Shown here: piece after piece, positions 9,741 through 17,815 of the stretch | Layout: every line of letters begins with the position of its first letter | Position numbering within the stretch: the stretch's first letter is position 1 | DNA from: Candidatus Woesearchaeota archaeon | GTDB taxonomy: Archaea > Nanobdellota > Nanobdellia > Pacearchaeales > GW2011-AR1 | Assembly (NCBI GenBank): GCA_964534185.1 | Contig: CAZHOH010000004.1 | Span: forward strand, 17,438 to 81,437 | Direction of reading: 5' to 3' | DNA: 64,000 nt | The notes under the pieces: generated by a model | Database searches by the model: none | Told to the model about the DNA's origin: nothing | The model's input: the letters and a program-made list of their open reading frames with translations, nothing else | Program-made: the position numbers and the translations under genes

Positions 9741-10536
9741 GTTTATCTTCGAATTTTGATTCTATTTTGTTTGTGATTATATCGTCGTATTGTTGGAATT
9801 TTTTTGTATCTTTGTGAATCCATATTTCTTCCAGATGATTTTCTTGATGTAGCCAGAGTTTGTTTGTGTTGTCTAGGTGAAGAAGAGGTATGAATGTTTC
9901 TATTTTTTCTTCTCTTTTTTGTCCTGCGAATTCGCTGAATTTTATTTTTTCGTTTGTTTCAAAGAGTGATTTTATTCTTGTGTGGATGTGTTTTATTCTT
10001 TCTGCGATGTTGATTGTTTTTTTTGGAATGAATAATTTTGTTTTTTCGATTTGTTCTTTTTCTATGCGTTTCTTTATTAGTCTTCTGTTTTCTGTTGTCA
10101 TTGCTTTGCTTAGCGCTGACATTAGTTCGTTAAGGCTGACTTTTTTGTATCTTGGGAGAGGGGTTCTCGGCATGAGTTCTGGAATGTCTTCGTCTTCTAT
10201 TTCAGATATGTCTAGTTTTTGTTGAATTTCTTTTTTGTTGTTGAATAAGACGTCATCTAAGTCTTTTATGTAACGATTCATCAAGAGTTCTGATTTGATT
10301 CTTAATAGAAGGGAGCAGACTAACAGGACTTTGCTGCTTAGTGAGAAATTTGCTTCTTCGAGAATTCTTATTTTTTCAAGGTATTTTTGGGCGAGAAATG
10401 AGAGGTTGATGTCCCAAGGGTCAAGTTGTTCTGTGTTGATTAAATCGTAGATTATTTCCTGCCATGTTATTTCTTTTTCGAATAAAAATGATTGGAATTC
10501 TTCTTGTCCTATTTTTTGGGGCTTGTTTTCTTGCAT
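9724..10536 (-). CDS. scpA: Segregation and condensation protein A (kleisin)
   Basis: LDPWDINLSFLAQKYL, LLRIKSELL, C-terminal FIPLLHL...Q winged helix. Confidence 0.88.
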   Translation of the reverse strand: MQENKPQKIGQEEFQSFLFEKEITWQEIIYDLINTEQLDPWDINLSFLAQKYLEKIRILEEANFSLSSKVLLVCSLLLRIKSELLMNRYIKDLDDVLFNNKKEIQQKLDISEIEDEDIPELMPRTPLPRYKKVSLNELMSALSKAMTTENRRLIKKRIEKEQIEKTKLFIPKKTINIAERIKHIHTRIKSLFETNEKIKFSEFAGQKREEKIETFIPLLHLDNTNKLWLHQENHLEEIWIHKDTKKFQQYDDIITNKIESKFEDKLNSTS

Positions 10537-10567
10537 AATAGGAATTAAGGAAAAGGAGTTTATAAGA

Positions 10568-10744
10568 TTAGTTGTCTCTGTTGATTAATGCACCGTTGCT
10601 TTTTATTGGGACTTGGAAAACTGTTTTGCATTTTTCACATTGTGCTGTTACTATGATTGTTATTGCTGTGAGGACTTTGCAGCCTTTTGTCATGAGTTTT
10701 GAGCCCATTTTTATTTCTATTTCGTTTCCGCACTGACATTTCAT
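10568..10744 (-). CDS. Small zinc-ribbon protein (58 aa)
   Basis: Manual translation MKCQCGNEIEI...AQCEKCKTVFQVP; below the ORF-track cutoff. Confidence 0.65.
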   Translation of the reverse strand: MKCQCGNEIEIKMGSKLMTKGCKVLTAITIIVTAQCEKCKTVFQVPIKSNGALINRDN

Positions 10745-10849
10745 AGAATTAGTTGAATAGGGAGGGTTTTAAAGATTTTGATTATTTAGATAGATTTTTT
10801 ATGAAATTGCCTGAAATGGCATTAGTCATTTTCAAAGGGTAACATAATC

Positions 10850-10863
10850 GAAAGGTTTAAATA
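10850..10863 (+). promoter_or_regulatory. BRE-TATA promoter (gaaaggTTTAAATA) upstream of a structured non-coding element
   Basis: Same form as other promoters here (e.g. gaaaggtttaaaa ~11078), but followed by no ORF. Confidence 0.6.
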
Positions 10864-10884
10864 GTAGTGGAATGTGGTATTATT

Positions 10885-11043
10885 AATCACCTCTTTTTCC
10901 CCATTAGAGGCAATCCAACACTCTTTTTGAACGTTGGGTTTCCTCTTCTCGGGGTTATGTTCTTAAGTTAATACTGAACTCTTGGATGATAAAAATGTAG
11001 AGTTTACTTAAATGGACTACAATCAAGAGAAAAAGAGGTATTG
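10885..11043 (+). ncRNA. Candidate structured ncRNA (~150 nt, three-way junction)
   Basis: Perfect 11-bp closing helix 10889-10899/11029-11039, two long internal arms, own TATA. Confidence 0.55.
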
Positions 11044-11112
11044 ACTTATATTAATTATTGTATGGTGATAACAAATAGAAAGGTTTAAAAGTTAGTATTT
11101 TATTGATATTTT

Positions 11113-12816
11113 ATGATTCGCAATGGAAGAAATTTTGTTGTAAGAGAAAATCCTGAATCTAAGCAGGTTATTGTTTATAGTGGTAATACTCAGAGATTTC
11201 TTTCTTCTGAAGAGTTTGAAGAATTAAAATTCCAGATTAAGGATGTTAGGATTTTGGCAGGAAAAACATTGGGTTCAAGAAGTGGATATCTTTATTCTAA
11301 TGATAGAGAAGATATGGAAGAGTTTTATGGGCTTCCTGATGAAGTGATTATAGGGCAAGTTATTTTTGGAGAAAGAGATTTGGAAGAGAATTCTCAAGAA
11401 TTTGAAAAAGCTTCTACTCGTGCTAATGTTTTTGCAAAAAGGATTCCACCTATTTTTGACAGAGATTCTGAATCATTCAAAGAATACGAAGATGAAGAAG
11501 GGAAATCTTATAGGAGATTTCCAACAGTTGATGCTATAATTAATATTTTTGCAGGTAGTAAACCTTTTAGAAGTTTTGTAGATAAATCAGAGCTTGAAGA
11601 TATTTTAATGTTTGCAGATTTGGGTACAAAGGGATTTTCAGAACAAACTAAAAAACAAGTTTTAGACAAAGTTGCTCGACATTATCATTTCAAAGATACA
11701 GAATCCAGAGAATATGTTTTAGAAAAAGCTTCTGAAGCTTTTGATATGTTACAGAAGGAACTTCCACCAGTATCAAGAGATGGGCTTGTTCTTGTTTATG
11801 GAGGAGAAGATACAGCAGAAATTGTTAATCGACCTTTTTGGTATTTGCATTATAGTCCTCAATCAGTTGATAAAGTTCTTGAAAGTTATTGGCAAGAATT
11901 GGGCAGAAAAATTGAAACTCATGAACCTGTTGATAAAAAGGATATAGATACTGCTATTAGAAATTTAGAATTATTTCCTGAGAATGTTCCTGCGAATGTT
12001 TATGGATATTTTGAGTATGCTCAGGAGAGAGGAATTTCTCCTCAGATACTATTTGCAGCCAATAGTAAAGCTAATGAAATAGTTGAAACTCAAAATTATT
12101 CTGTTTTATCAAGGTCAACATTAAATCATTGCTCTGATGAATTGAGAGAAAGTTTATTGTCAGGATTAGAAGAATTTGTTGTTCATAGAATGGCCCCGGA
12201 GATATTGGGTTCTAATTCTCTTGGGAATGCGATTAAACAATTAGGACTTCCCAATATTGAGGGATTGGGAGAGACTTATGAAAATGTTGTTGGCAGGGCA
12301 ATTGATGATTATTTACAAAATCCTTTTGAATATATGGATTTTGGGAAGTTTATTGGAGTTGTAAATAGAACTCTTGGAGGGCATTTTATTGGAACAAAAG
12401 TTGCACAGAGTGTTGAAAGAATGAAATCTGAACCTGATTTTTATAAGAGGTTTGTTGAATATATTGATAGTTCTGTTCAACTTGAAAGTATGAGATTACC
12501 TTTATCTGAAGTAAGAACTTTGGTAGGGGTTTCTTCACAAAAACTTAAAGATGTTGCTAATCAGGCAATTGATGGAGCTCATAAGATGAAACTTCAAGGA
12601 CTTAATGATGCGGAATTTGCTAAATATGTCTCTAATGTTTCTTTATCTTCAGGAAAAGTTCAGACACAAGATTATGTTTTAAGAAGAGTTCATGGAATGG
12701 TTTCAGAGGATTTAGAAAAGGGTGTTTCTTTTCGGCAAGCCCTTAGAAATGTAGGTATTACAAAAGCTCCGGCAATAGTGAGAAATTCTTTTGAAGCTCA
12801 ATATAGTTTTAATTAA
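11113..12816 (+). CDS. Hypothetical protein (567 aa)
   Basis: Long ORF with own TATA; no recognised motif. Confidence 0.7.
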   Translation: MIRNGRNFVVRENPESKQVIVYSGNTQRFLSSEEFEELKFQIKDVRILAGKTLGSRSGYLYSNDREDMEEFYGLPDEVIIGQVIFGERDLEENSQEFEKASTRANVFAKRIPPIFDRDSESFKEYEDEEGKSYRRFPTVDAIINIFAGSKPFRSFVDKSELEDILMFADLGTKGFSEQTKKQVLDKVARHYHFKDTESREYVLEKASEAFDMLQKELPPVSRDGLVLVYGGEDTAEIVNRPFWYLHYSPQSVDKVLESYWQELGRKIETHEPVDKKDIDTAIRNLELFPENVPANVYGYFEYAQERGISPQILFAANSKANEIVETQNYSVLSRSTLNHCSDELRESLLSGLEEFVVHRMAPEILGSNSLGNAIKQLGLPNIEGLGETYENVVGRAIDDYLQNPFEYMDFGKFIGVVNRTLGGHFIGTKVAQSVERMKSEPDFYKRFVEYIDSSVQLESMRLPLSEVRTLVGVSSQKLKDVANQAIDGAHKMKLQGLNDAEFAKYVSNVSLSSGKVQTQDYVLRRVHGMVSEDLEKGVSFRQALRNVGITKAPAIVRNSFEAQYSFN

Positions 12817-12819
12817 TAA

Positions 12820-13056
12820 TTATTCTTTCTTTTCTTGTTCTTTCTTTCCAACAGATTTGAATTCTGTGTAATGACAGTTTCCGCAGTATTGGCGATTGCT
12901 AGAATCTAGAAGAAATATTCCTGGACCGCATCTTGGGCAAGAAGGTGCTCTTTTTATTTTGTCGCCTTCTATTGTGTATTTTGTATATTTTTTACTAGTC
13001 TTTTTATTTCTGTGGGGTTTTTTTCCTTTTTTTTCTACTTTCTTTTTCTTTGCCAT
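12820..13056 (-). CDS. rps27ae: 30S ribosomal protein S27ae
   Basis: CPRCGPGIFL...RQYCGNCHYT; follows S24e. Confidence 0.95.
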   Translation of the reverse strand: MAKKKKVEKKGKKPHRNKKTSKKYTKYTIEGDKIKRAPSCPRCGPGIFLLDSSNRQYCGNCHYTEFKSVGKKEQEKKE

Positions 13057-13075
13057 TTGTAATTTTCAACTTTCT

Positions 13076-13501
13076 TTATTGAGGGTTTTCCTCTTGTTTA
13101 GGTTCTGATTCAGCATTTTGTTCTTGGTTTTCTTTTGGTGTTTCTGTTTGTTCTGCCGGTTGTTCTTGTTCTGCTTTTTGTTTTGCCTCTTCTTCAGCTT
13201 TCTTTTTTTCTTCTTCAGCTTTTTTAGCTTCTTCAATTTTCTGTTTTCTTTGTTTTCGCGTTATTGTTTCATATTTTGTTTTGTTTTCTGTTGAGTCGTA
13301 GATTTTTGCTTTTATCCAGAATTTTTTTTGTCCGAATTCACCTTTAATTGACTCTATTACTATGCTGTCTTCAGATGAGCTTTCTTGTTCTGCTATTTGT
13401 TTTGCTATGTCTTGTGTTGAAGGAGCTGAAGCTGACTCTAAGACCAAGGTTATTTCTTTTCTTTTTAATAGGGGGTTTTGTTTTTCCTGAATTAGTTTCA
13501 T
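13076..13501 (-). CDS. rps24e: 30S ribosomal protein S24e with acidic tail
   Basis: NPLLKRKEI, IKGEFG..AKIYD; operon position. Confidence 0.9.
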   Translation of the reverse strand: MKLIQEKQNPLLKRKEITLVLESASAPSTQDIAKQIAEQESSSEDSIVIESIKGEFGQKKFWIKAKIYDSTENKTKYETITRKQRKQKIEEAKKAEEEKKKAEEEAKQKAEQEQPAEQTETPKENQEQNAESEPKQEENPQ

Positions 13502-13725
13502 TTTTGTTTTTGGAAATAATCTGCTTTTTTATCAAGGTTTAGGTTTTTTGCAAATTCTGATTGTTCTGCGTTGAATATAATAACTCTTCCTCTGATTTTG
13601 TCGCTTTGGATTTTTTCAAGTTTTTCAGGCTTCTTTTTTTCCTCTGGTTTTTCTTCTGTTTGTTGTTCCTGAGTATTCTCTTGTGTTCCTGTTTGTTCTA
13701 TAGGGTTTTTATTTTGTTCTTCCAT
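13498..13725 (-). CDS. spt4: Divergent Spt4 (RpoE'') lacking zinc-ribbon cysteines
   Basis: Sits between rpoE1 and rps24e; C-terminal half SDKIRGRVIIFNAEQSEFAKNL resembles the Spt4 core. Confidence 0.7.
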   Translation of the reverse strand: MEEQNKNPIEQTGTQENTQEQQTEEKPEEKKKPEKLEKIQSDKIRGRVIIFNAEQSEFAKNLNLDKKADYFQKQK

Positions 13726-13726
13726 T

Positions 13727-14329
13727 TTATTTTTTCTTTGTAGGTTTTGCAGATTTTTCTTCTGCTTTTAGTGCCTGCTTTGCCGCTTTTTTAGATTGCT
13801 TTTTTTCTTCGATTATCCATTCTATTTTTCCTAATCCTGGTTGTCTCATTGTGAGTCCAATTTTTGCTTCGCCCATTTTGTGGCTTATTGCAACTATTCT
13901 TGCTATACAGTTGTCTCCTTTTTTTAGAGACTTTTTGTTTGTCTTTCCTGTTAAGGTGTTTGTTTTTGAGAAACTTACGTAGTCATCCATTGTTTGGCTG
14001 ATATGAATCATTCCTTGCGCTGCACCTAAATCAATGAACGCTCCGAAGTTTGTTATTTCTGCGATTGTTCCGTATACTAATTCTTGTAATTCGGGTTTCC
14101 ATACAACTATTTTAAAGTTTGATTTGTAATATGCTGCTCCGTCGCCAGGAATTATTACTCCTTCTTCTATATCTCCTACTTCTGCTACTGCGATTACAGA
14201 GCCGAGTTCTTTGTCAAAATATTCTGCGTAGGTTTCCTTTAGCTGGGTTTTAACAGCTTCCTGAGTAGGCAATCCGAATAATTTCGGTTCTACCCTTATG
14301 TAATCCTCTACGTCAACTAAATAGAACAT
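13727..14329 (-). CDS. rpoE1: DNA-directed RNA polymerase subunit E' (Rpo7)
   Basis: IIPGDGAAYY, S1 domain FGAFI..GMIHISQ, KIGLTMRQPGLGK. Confidence 0.96.
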   Translation of the reverse strand: MFYLVDVEDYIRVEPKLFGLPTQEAVKTQLKETYAEYFDKELGSVIAVAEVGDIEEGVIIPGDGAAYYKSNFKIVVWKPELQELVYGTIAEITNFGAFIDLGAAQGMIHISQTMDDYVSFSKTNTLTGKTNKKSLKKGDNCIARIVAISHKMGEAKIGLTMRQPGLGKIEWIIEEKKQSKKAAKQALKAEEKSAKPTKKK

Positions 14330-14419
14330 TTTATATAAAATGAGGTAAATTGAGGTTTATAAAGTTTGTGAGTAGTGAAAATTGCAAAGTTATTTTAATT
14401 ATTCTTATTTAAGGTTTTT

Positions 14420-14680
14420 ATGGTAAATATTCTTTATTTGACATTATTTAGGAAATGGTTTGATGAGGTTTTGCAGGGAAAGAAGAAGATTGAGTTTAGA
14501 GAGATAAAACCTTATTGGACTAAAAGATTGGATGGGAGGCAGTATGATTATGTTATTTTTAAAAATGGATATTCAAAAGAGGCTCCTATGATGAAAGTTG
14601 AATGTCTTGGAATTAGAAAAAAGGAGAGGTATGAGATTTTACTTGGCAGGATTTTGGAAACTGCTAATTTGAAATTATGA
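14420..14680 (+). CDS. ASCH domain protein
   Basis: WFDEVLQGKKKIEFREIKPYWTKRL, FKNGY. Confidence 0.85.
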   Translation: MVNILYLTLFRKWFDEVLQGKKKIEFREIKPYWTKRLDGRQYDYVIFKNGYSKEAPMMKVECLGIRKKERYEILLGRILETANLKL

Positions 14681-15070
14681 AAATTTAATCTGTGTTTTTT
14701 GACGGATTGTTAGGAACTGAGTTTGGGGTGCTTTATTTTTTATTTTTTGTTTTAGGTTTCTGTCAAGGGTTGCTATTGTTACTTTATTTTTTATTGTAAA
14801 TGCGATCATGCCTGCGTCAACATCGGGAGTTTTTATTGAAGGGGTTTTTATTTCAGAGGGGTTTTTTTGAATTATTAGTATTGCGAGTTGTGCTGCCTGC
14901 TTTTCTGTTGTTTTTGTTTCTTTGCTTGATTGGAGCTTTTTTATTTCGTTTATTACTTCAAGGGGAATTATTATTTCTGGATTGTCAATTAGATTTTTTA
15001 TTTGTTCTAGTAAATCTATTTTTTGTTTTAATGCCGTTATGATAAAGTTTGTGTCTAGCAGGACTTTCAT
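14675..15070 (-). CDS. PIN domain protein (Fcf1/Utp24-like, usually upstream of rpoE1)
   Basis: VLLDTNF, VINEI, VDAG, ATLDRNL. Confidence 0.88.
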   Translation of the reverse strand: MKVLLDTNFIITALKQKIDLLEQIKNLIDNPEIIIPLEVINEIKKLQSSKETKTTEKQAAQLAILIIQKNPSEIKTPSIKTPDVDAGMIAFTIKNKVTIATLDRNLKQKIKNKAPQTQFLTIRQKTQIKFS

Positions 15071-15303
15071 TTTTTTTTACCTGAATATTTTTTAAAATCA
15101 TCGGCTAAATGGTAAAAACTTTTTTCTAGATTGGCTAATCTTGTTTCGGTTCTTGTTATTTTTACTGCGATTCCGAAAACGATTGTTAAGATGAACATAA
15201 GGATTGTTTGTTCAAATGTTGGTGAATTGCCGAATAAGTACCATGTCCCTGTTGCTATTGAAAGGATTATTAGAATCCATAAAATTATATCATACCATTC
15301 CAT
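15067..15303 (-). CDS. Small membrane protein
   Basis: Two TM segments around GNSPTFEQ plus a coiled-coil tail. Confidence 0.65.
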   Translation of the reverse strand: MEWYDIILWILIILSIATGTWYLFGNSPTFEQTILMFILTIVFGIAVKITRTETRLANLEKSFYHLADDFKKYSGKKK

Positions 15304-15402
15304 TTATACTCCTTTGAAAAAGGAGATGATTAGTATTATGAAAGCAATTGCTATTAAAACCCAAATAACAATGTCTCTCCAGTCAAGAGATTTATTTTTC
15401 AT
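15304..15402 (-). CDS. 32-aa single-TM microprotein
   Basis: MKNKSLDWRDIVIWVLIAIAFIILIISFFKGV; stop abuts the next ATG (TAAATG); TATA upstream. Confidence 0.55.
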   Translation of the reverse strand: MKNKSLDWRDIVIWVLIAIAFIILIISFFKGV

Positions 15403-15452
15403 TTTGTTTTATAGGAAAAAATGTTTAAATAGTCTTTGTTATTTGTTTTTGT

Positions 15453-16010
15453 ATGAAAGAGGTTGAACATGTTGTTTCTTTGTTGATTGATGCGAAGAAA
15501 GCTGTGCAAGAAGGAGATGTTGTTAAATTACGCGACTTGAGTAATCAGACTGTTCATACTTCTTCTATTTATCAGGATGAAGATAATGTTCTTGTTGCGG
15601 TTTTTATTTATGCTCTTTCAAAAATTATTGAAAAAGGCGAAAAATATTATAAGCAGGATTATCAGAAGTATGTTGGCTTGTATGTTAAAGTAATTGAAAA
15701 ATCTGTTCGGCATTTGAATAATGGAGATGAAAAGGGCTTTAGGAAAGATATTAGTTTTGTTTTGAAATCTAAGGAGGCGAAAGGTGACTTGAAAAAGTAT
15801 TTACAGGATATTTTGAGAAAAGCGAGGATAAATAAAGCTTCACATGTTTATGAGCATGGGATTTCTATGAAAAAAACTGCTCGCCTTTTGGATATTTCTC
15901 TTTGGGAGCTTGCAGAGTATGCAGGACAGAAAGGGGTTTCTGATTCTAATTATAATTTTACTAAAAGTGTTAAAGATAGAATTAAAATTGCTGTGGAGCT
16001 GTTTAAATGA
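15453..16010 (+). CDS. Hypothetical protein with C-terminal HTH (UPF0175-like)
   Basis: HGISMKKTARLLDISLWEL; coupled to the downstream PIN gene. Confidence 0.65.
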   Translation: MKEVEHVVSLLIDAKKAVQEGDVVKLRDLSNQTVHTSSIYQDEDNVLVAVFIYALSKIIEKGEKYYKQDYQKYVGLYVKVIEKSVRHLNNGDEKGFRKDISFVLKSKEAKGDLKKYLQDILRKARINKASHVYEHGISMKKTARLLDISLWELAEYAGQKGVSDSNYNFTKSVKDRIKIAVELFK

Positions 16011-16690
16011 AAATCTTGATTTTTGATTCAGGGACTTTGATTACTTTATCTATGAATTGTATGCTCGGAATTTTGCATAAGTTGAAAGAGGATTTTGATG
16101 GAAAGTTTGTTATTCCTGAAGAGGTTAAAGAAGAGATTGTTGATCGTCCTATGAATATTCCGAAATATAAACTTGGTGCAATGAGGCTTAAAGTTTTGAT
16201 TGATAGGGGTGTTTTGGAATTTCCAGATAGTTTGGGTGTTGATAAAGCAAGGATTAAGAAAAGAAGTAAAGAGATTTTGAATTCGGCTAATGCGTTTTTG
16301 TATGCTGATGGAAAATCAGTTCATTTAATTGATGATGGTGAGGCTGCAGTGATTGCTTTAAGTAATCTGCTTGATGAAAAGGGGATTGAGAATGTTGTTG
16401 CTATGGATGAGAGAACGACAAGGGTTTTGTGTGAGAAGCCAGAGAATTTGAAAAAACTTTTAGAGAATAAACTCCATACAAAAGTCATTATTAAGAAAAA
16501 AAATTATGAGACGAAATTTTTTGGTAATGTAAGATTTATTCGTTCGCCTGAACTGATTTATGTTGCGTTTAAGAAGGATTTTATCGAAGATAAATCTAAG
16601 GATATGCTTGATGCTATGTTGTATGGGGCAAAGTATAAAGGGGCTGCAATTTCAAGTTCTGAGATAAAAGCGATTGAAAGGATGGTTTAG
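16007..16690 (+). CDS. PIN-like domain protein (DUF3368-like)
   Basis: IFDSGTLI, VKEEI, IDDGEAAVIAL, MDER. Confidence 0.75.
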   Translation: MKILIFDSGTLITLSMNCMLGILHKLKEDFDGKFVIPEEVKEEIVDRPMNIPKYKLGAMRLKVLIDRGVLEFPDSLGVDKARIKKRSKEILNSANAFLYADGKSVHLIDDGEAAVIALSNLLDEKGIENVVAMDERTTRVLCEKPENLKKLLENKLHTKVIIKKKNYETKFFGNVRFIRSPELIYVAFKKDFIEDKSKDMLDAMLYGAKYKGAAISSSEIKAIERMV

Positions 16691-16725
16691 AAATATTTAT
16701 AAAGTTTAATTTTTTTAAAGTAAAA

Positions 16726-17613
16726 ATGAGGTGGAAAATAACTTTAGTTTTTGGGTTGATGCTTTTACTTGTTCTTACAGTGAGTGCGCGGGAAGTTAAT
16801 TACGAAGTTAATACTTTGGAGGGAGTTGAGGTTTATCTTGCTACACTTAATGCTGATGCGGTTTATTCTTCTATTGATTCTAAGTTAATAAAACCTAATG
16901 AGACGATGGATGGAACTTTTAAGACTGTTCTTGAGAGTGATGATATGATTGATTTGTATACTTTAGTTAAGAAACATGATGTTAAAATATTTATGAAAAG
17001 GTTCGAAGATTTTCAAATTACAGGCAATACTGTTTATTTGAATTTAGAGGATGATGATAAAGCTCAGATAAGTAATGAACCTCTTGTTGAAGGGGCTGTT
17101 GAAACTGGGGAAGAGGTTGAGGTAGAGGGTAATGATTCGGTTGAAGGTAATGAGAGTGAGGAAGTTGTGGTGTTAGATTCTGAAAATGAAGAGGTTGAGA
17201 GTGAGGAGGAAGTAGAAAATTCTTCTGCTGAAAATTCTCAAGTTACTGGATTGGCTGCTTTGGGCGATGCTACTGGGAATGTTACCTCTTTTATTATGGA
17301 GGTTAAGTATTATTTGTTATCTGGAATTGTTTTGATTATTGCTGGTTTGCTTGTTTTTAGATACAGAAATAAGTTAGGTTCGGGAAGAGGAAAAAGTAAG
17401 GAGAATGAAAGTGATGACAGACCGCCGAGTGTTTTTGGAGCTCAGATAAGTGATGCTGAAAAGAATTTGATTAGGGCTAAAAAAGAGTTGGCTGAGGTTG
17501 AGGCAGAGTTTGGAAAGGTTAAAGATAAAGAGGGAAGATTAGAAGTTGCTCGACGGAAACTTGAAGAGGATAAAGCTGAACTTGATAGGTTGCAGAAAGG
17601 CGAAGAACGATAA
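16726..17613 (+). CDS. Secreted/membrane-anchored hypothetical protein
   Basis: Signal peptide, acidic linker, TM helix, C-terminal coiled coil. Confidence 0.7.
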   Translation: MRWKITLVFGLMLLLVLTVSAREVNYEVNTLEGVEVYLATLNADAVYSSIDSKLIKPNETMDGTFKTVLESDDMIDLYTLVKKHDVKIFMKRFEDFQITGNTVYLNLEDDDKAQISNEPLVEGAVETGEEVEVEGNDSVEGNESEEVVVLDSENEEVESEEEVENSSAENSQVTGLAALGDATGNVTSFIMEVKYYLLSGIVLIIAGLLVFRYRNKLGSGRGKSKENESDDRPPSVFGAQISDAEKNLIRAKKELAEVEAEFGKVKDKEGRLEVARRKLEEDKAELDRLQKGEER

Positions 17614-17664
17614 TTCTTTATTATTAGATAGTCTTATAAAGTAAGAAAAATATTTTTAGTTATA

Positions 17665-17809
17665 GGGTGCATAGTTTAATGGTAAAATAGGCGGCTCCAG
17701 ATGAAGGAAACCTAAGTTTCCTCTCACACACCTTAAAGGGTGTTTGTTAATGTAAGTTGTGAGAATATGGAGTGACCGCCGGCTGGGGGTTCGATTCCTC
17801 CTGCACCCA
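17665..17809 (+). tRNA. tRNA-Trp(CCA) with 74-nt intron at 37/38 (17701-17774)
   Basis: Acceptor GGGTGCA/TGCACCC, anticodon stem GGCGG/CCGCC, CT-CCA-G; BHB-like central helix CTCC/GGAG with AGA and TGA bulges; T arm. Confidence 0.93.
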
Positions 17810-17815
17810 TTTTTT

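Noticed and set aside
10807..10842. Imperfect inverted repeat upstream of the ncRNA promoter
   Set aside because: Short and AT-rich; could be an operator but cannot be distinguished from chance.
17759..17815. N-terminal extension of the MFS ORF from GTG 17759
   Set aside because: Overlaps the tRNA-Trp 3' exon; ATG 17816 is the plausible start.
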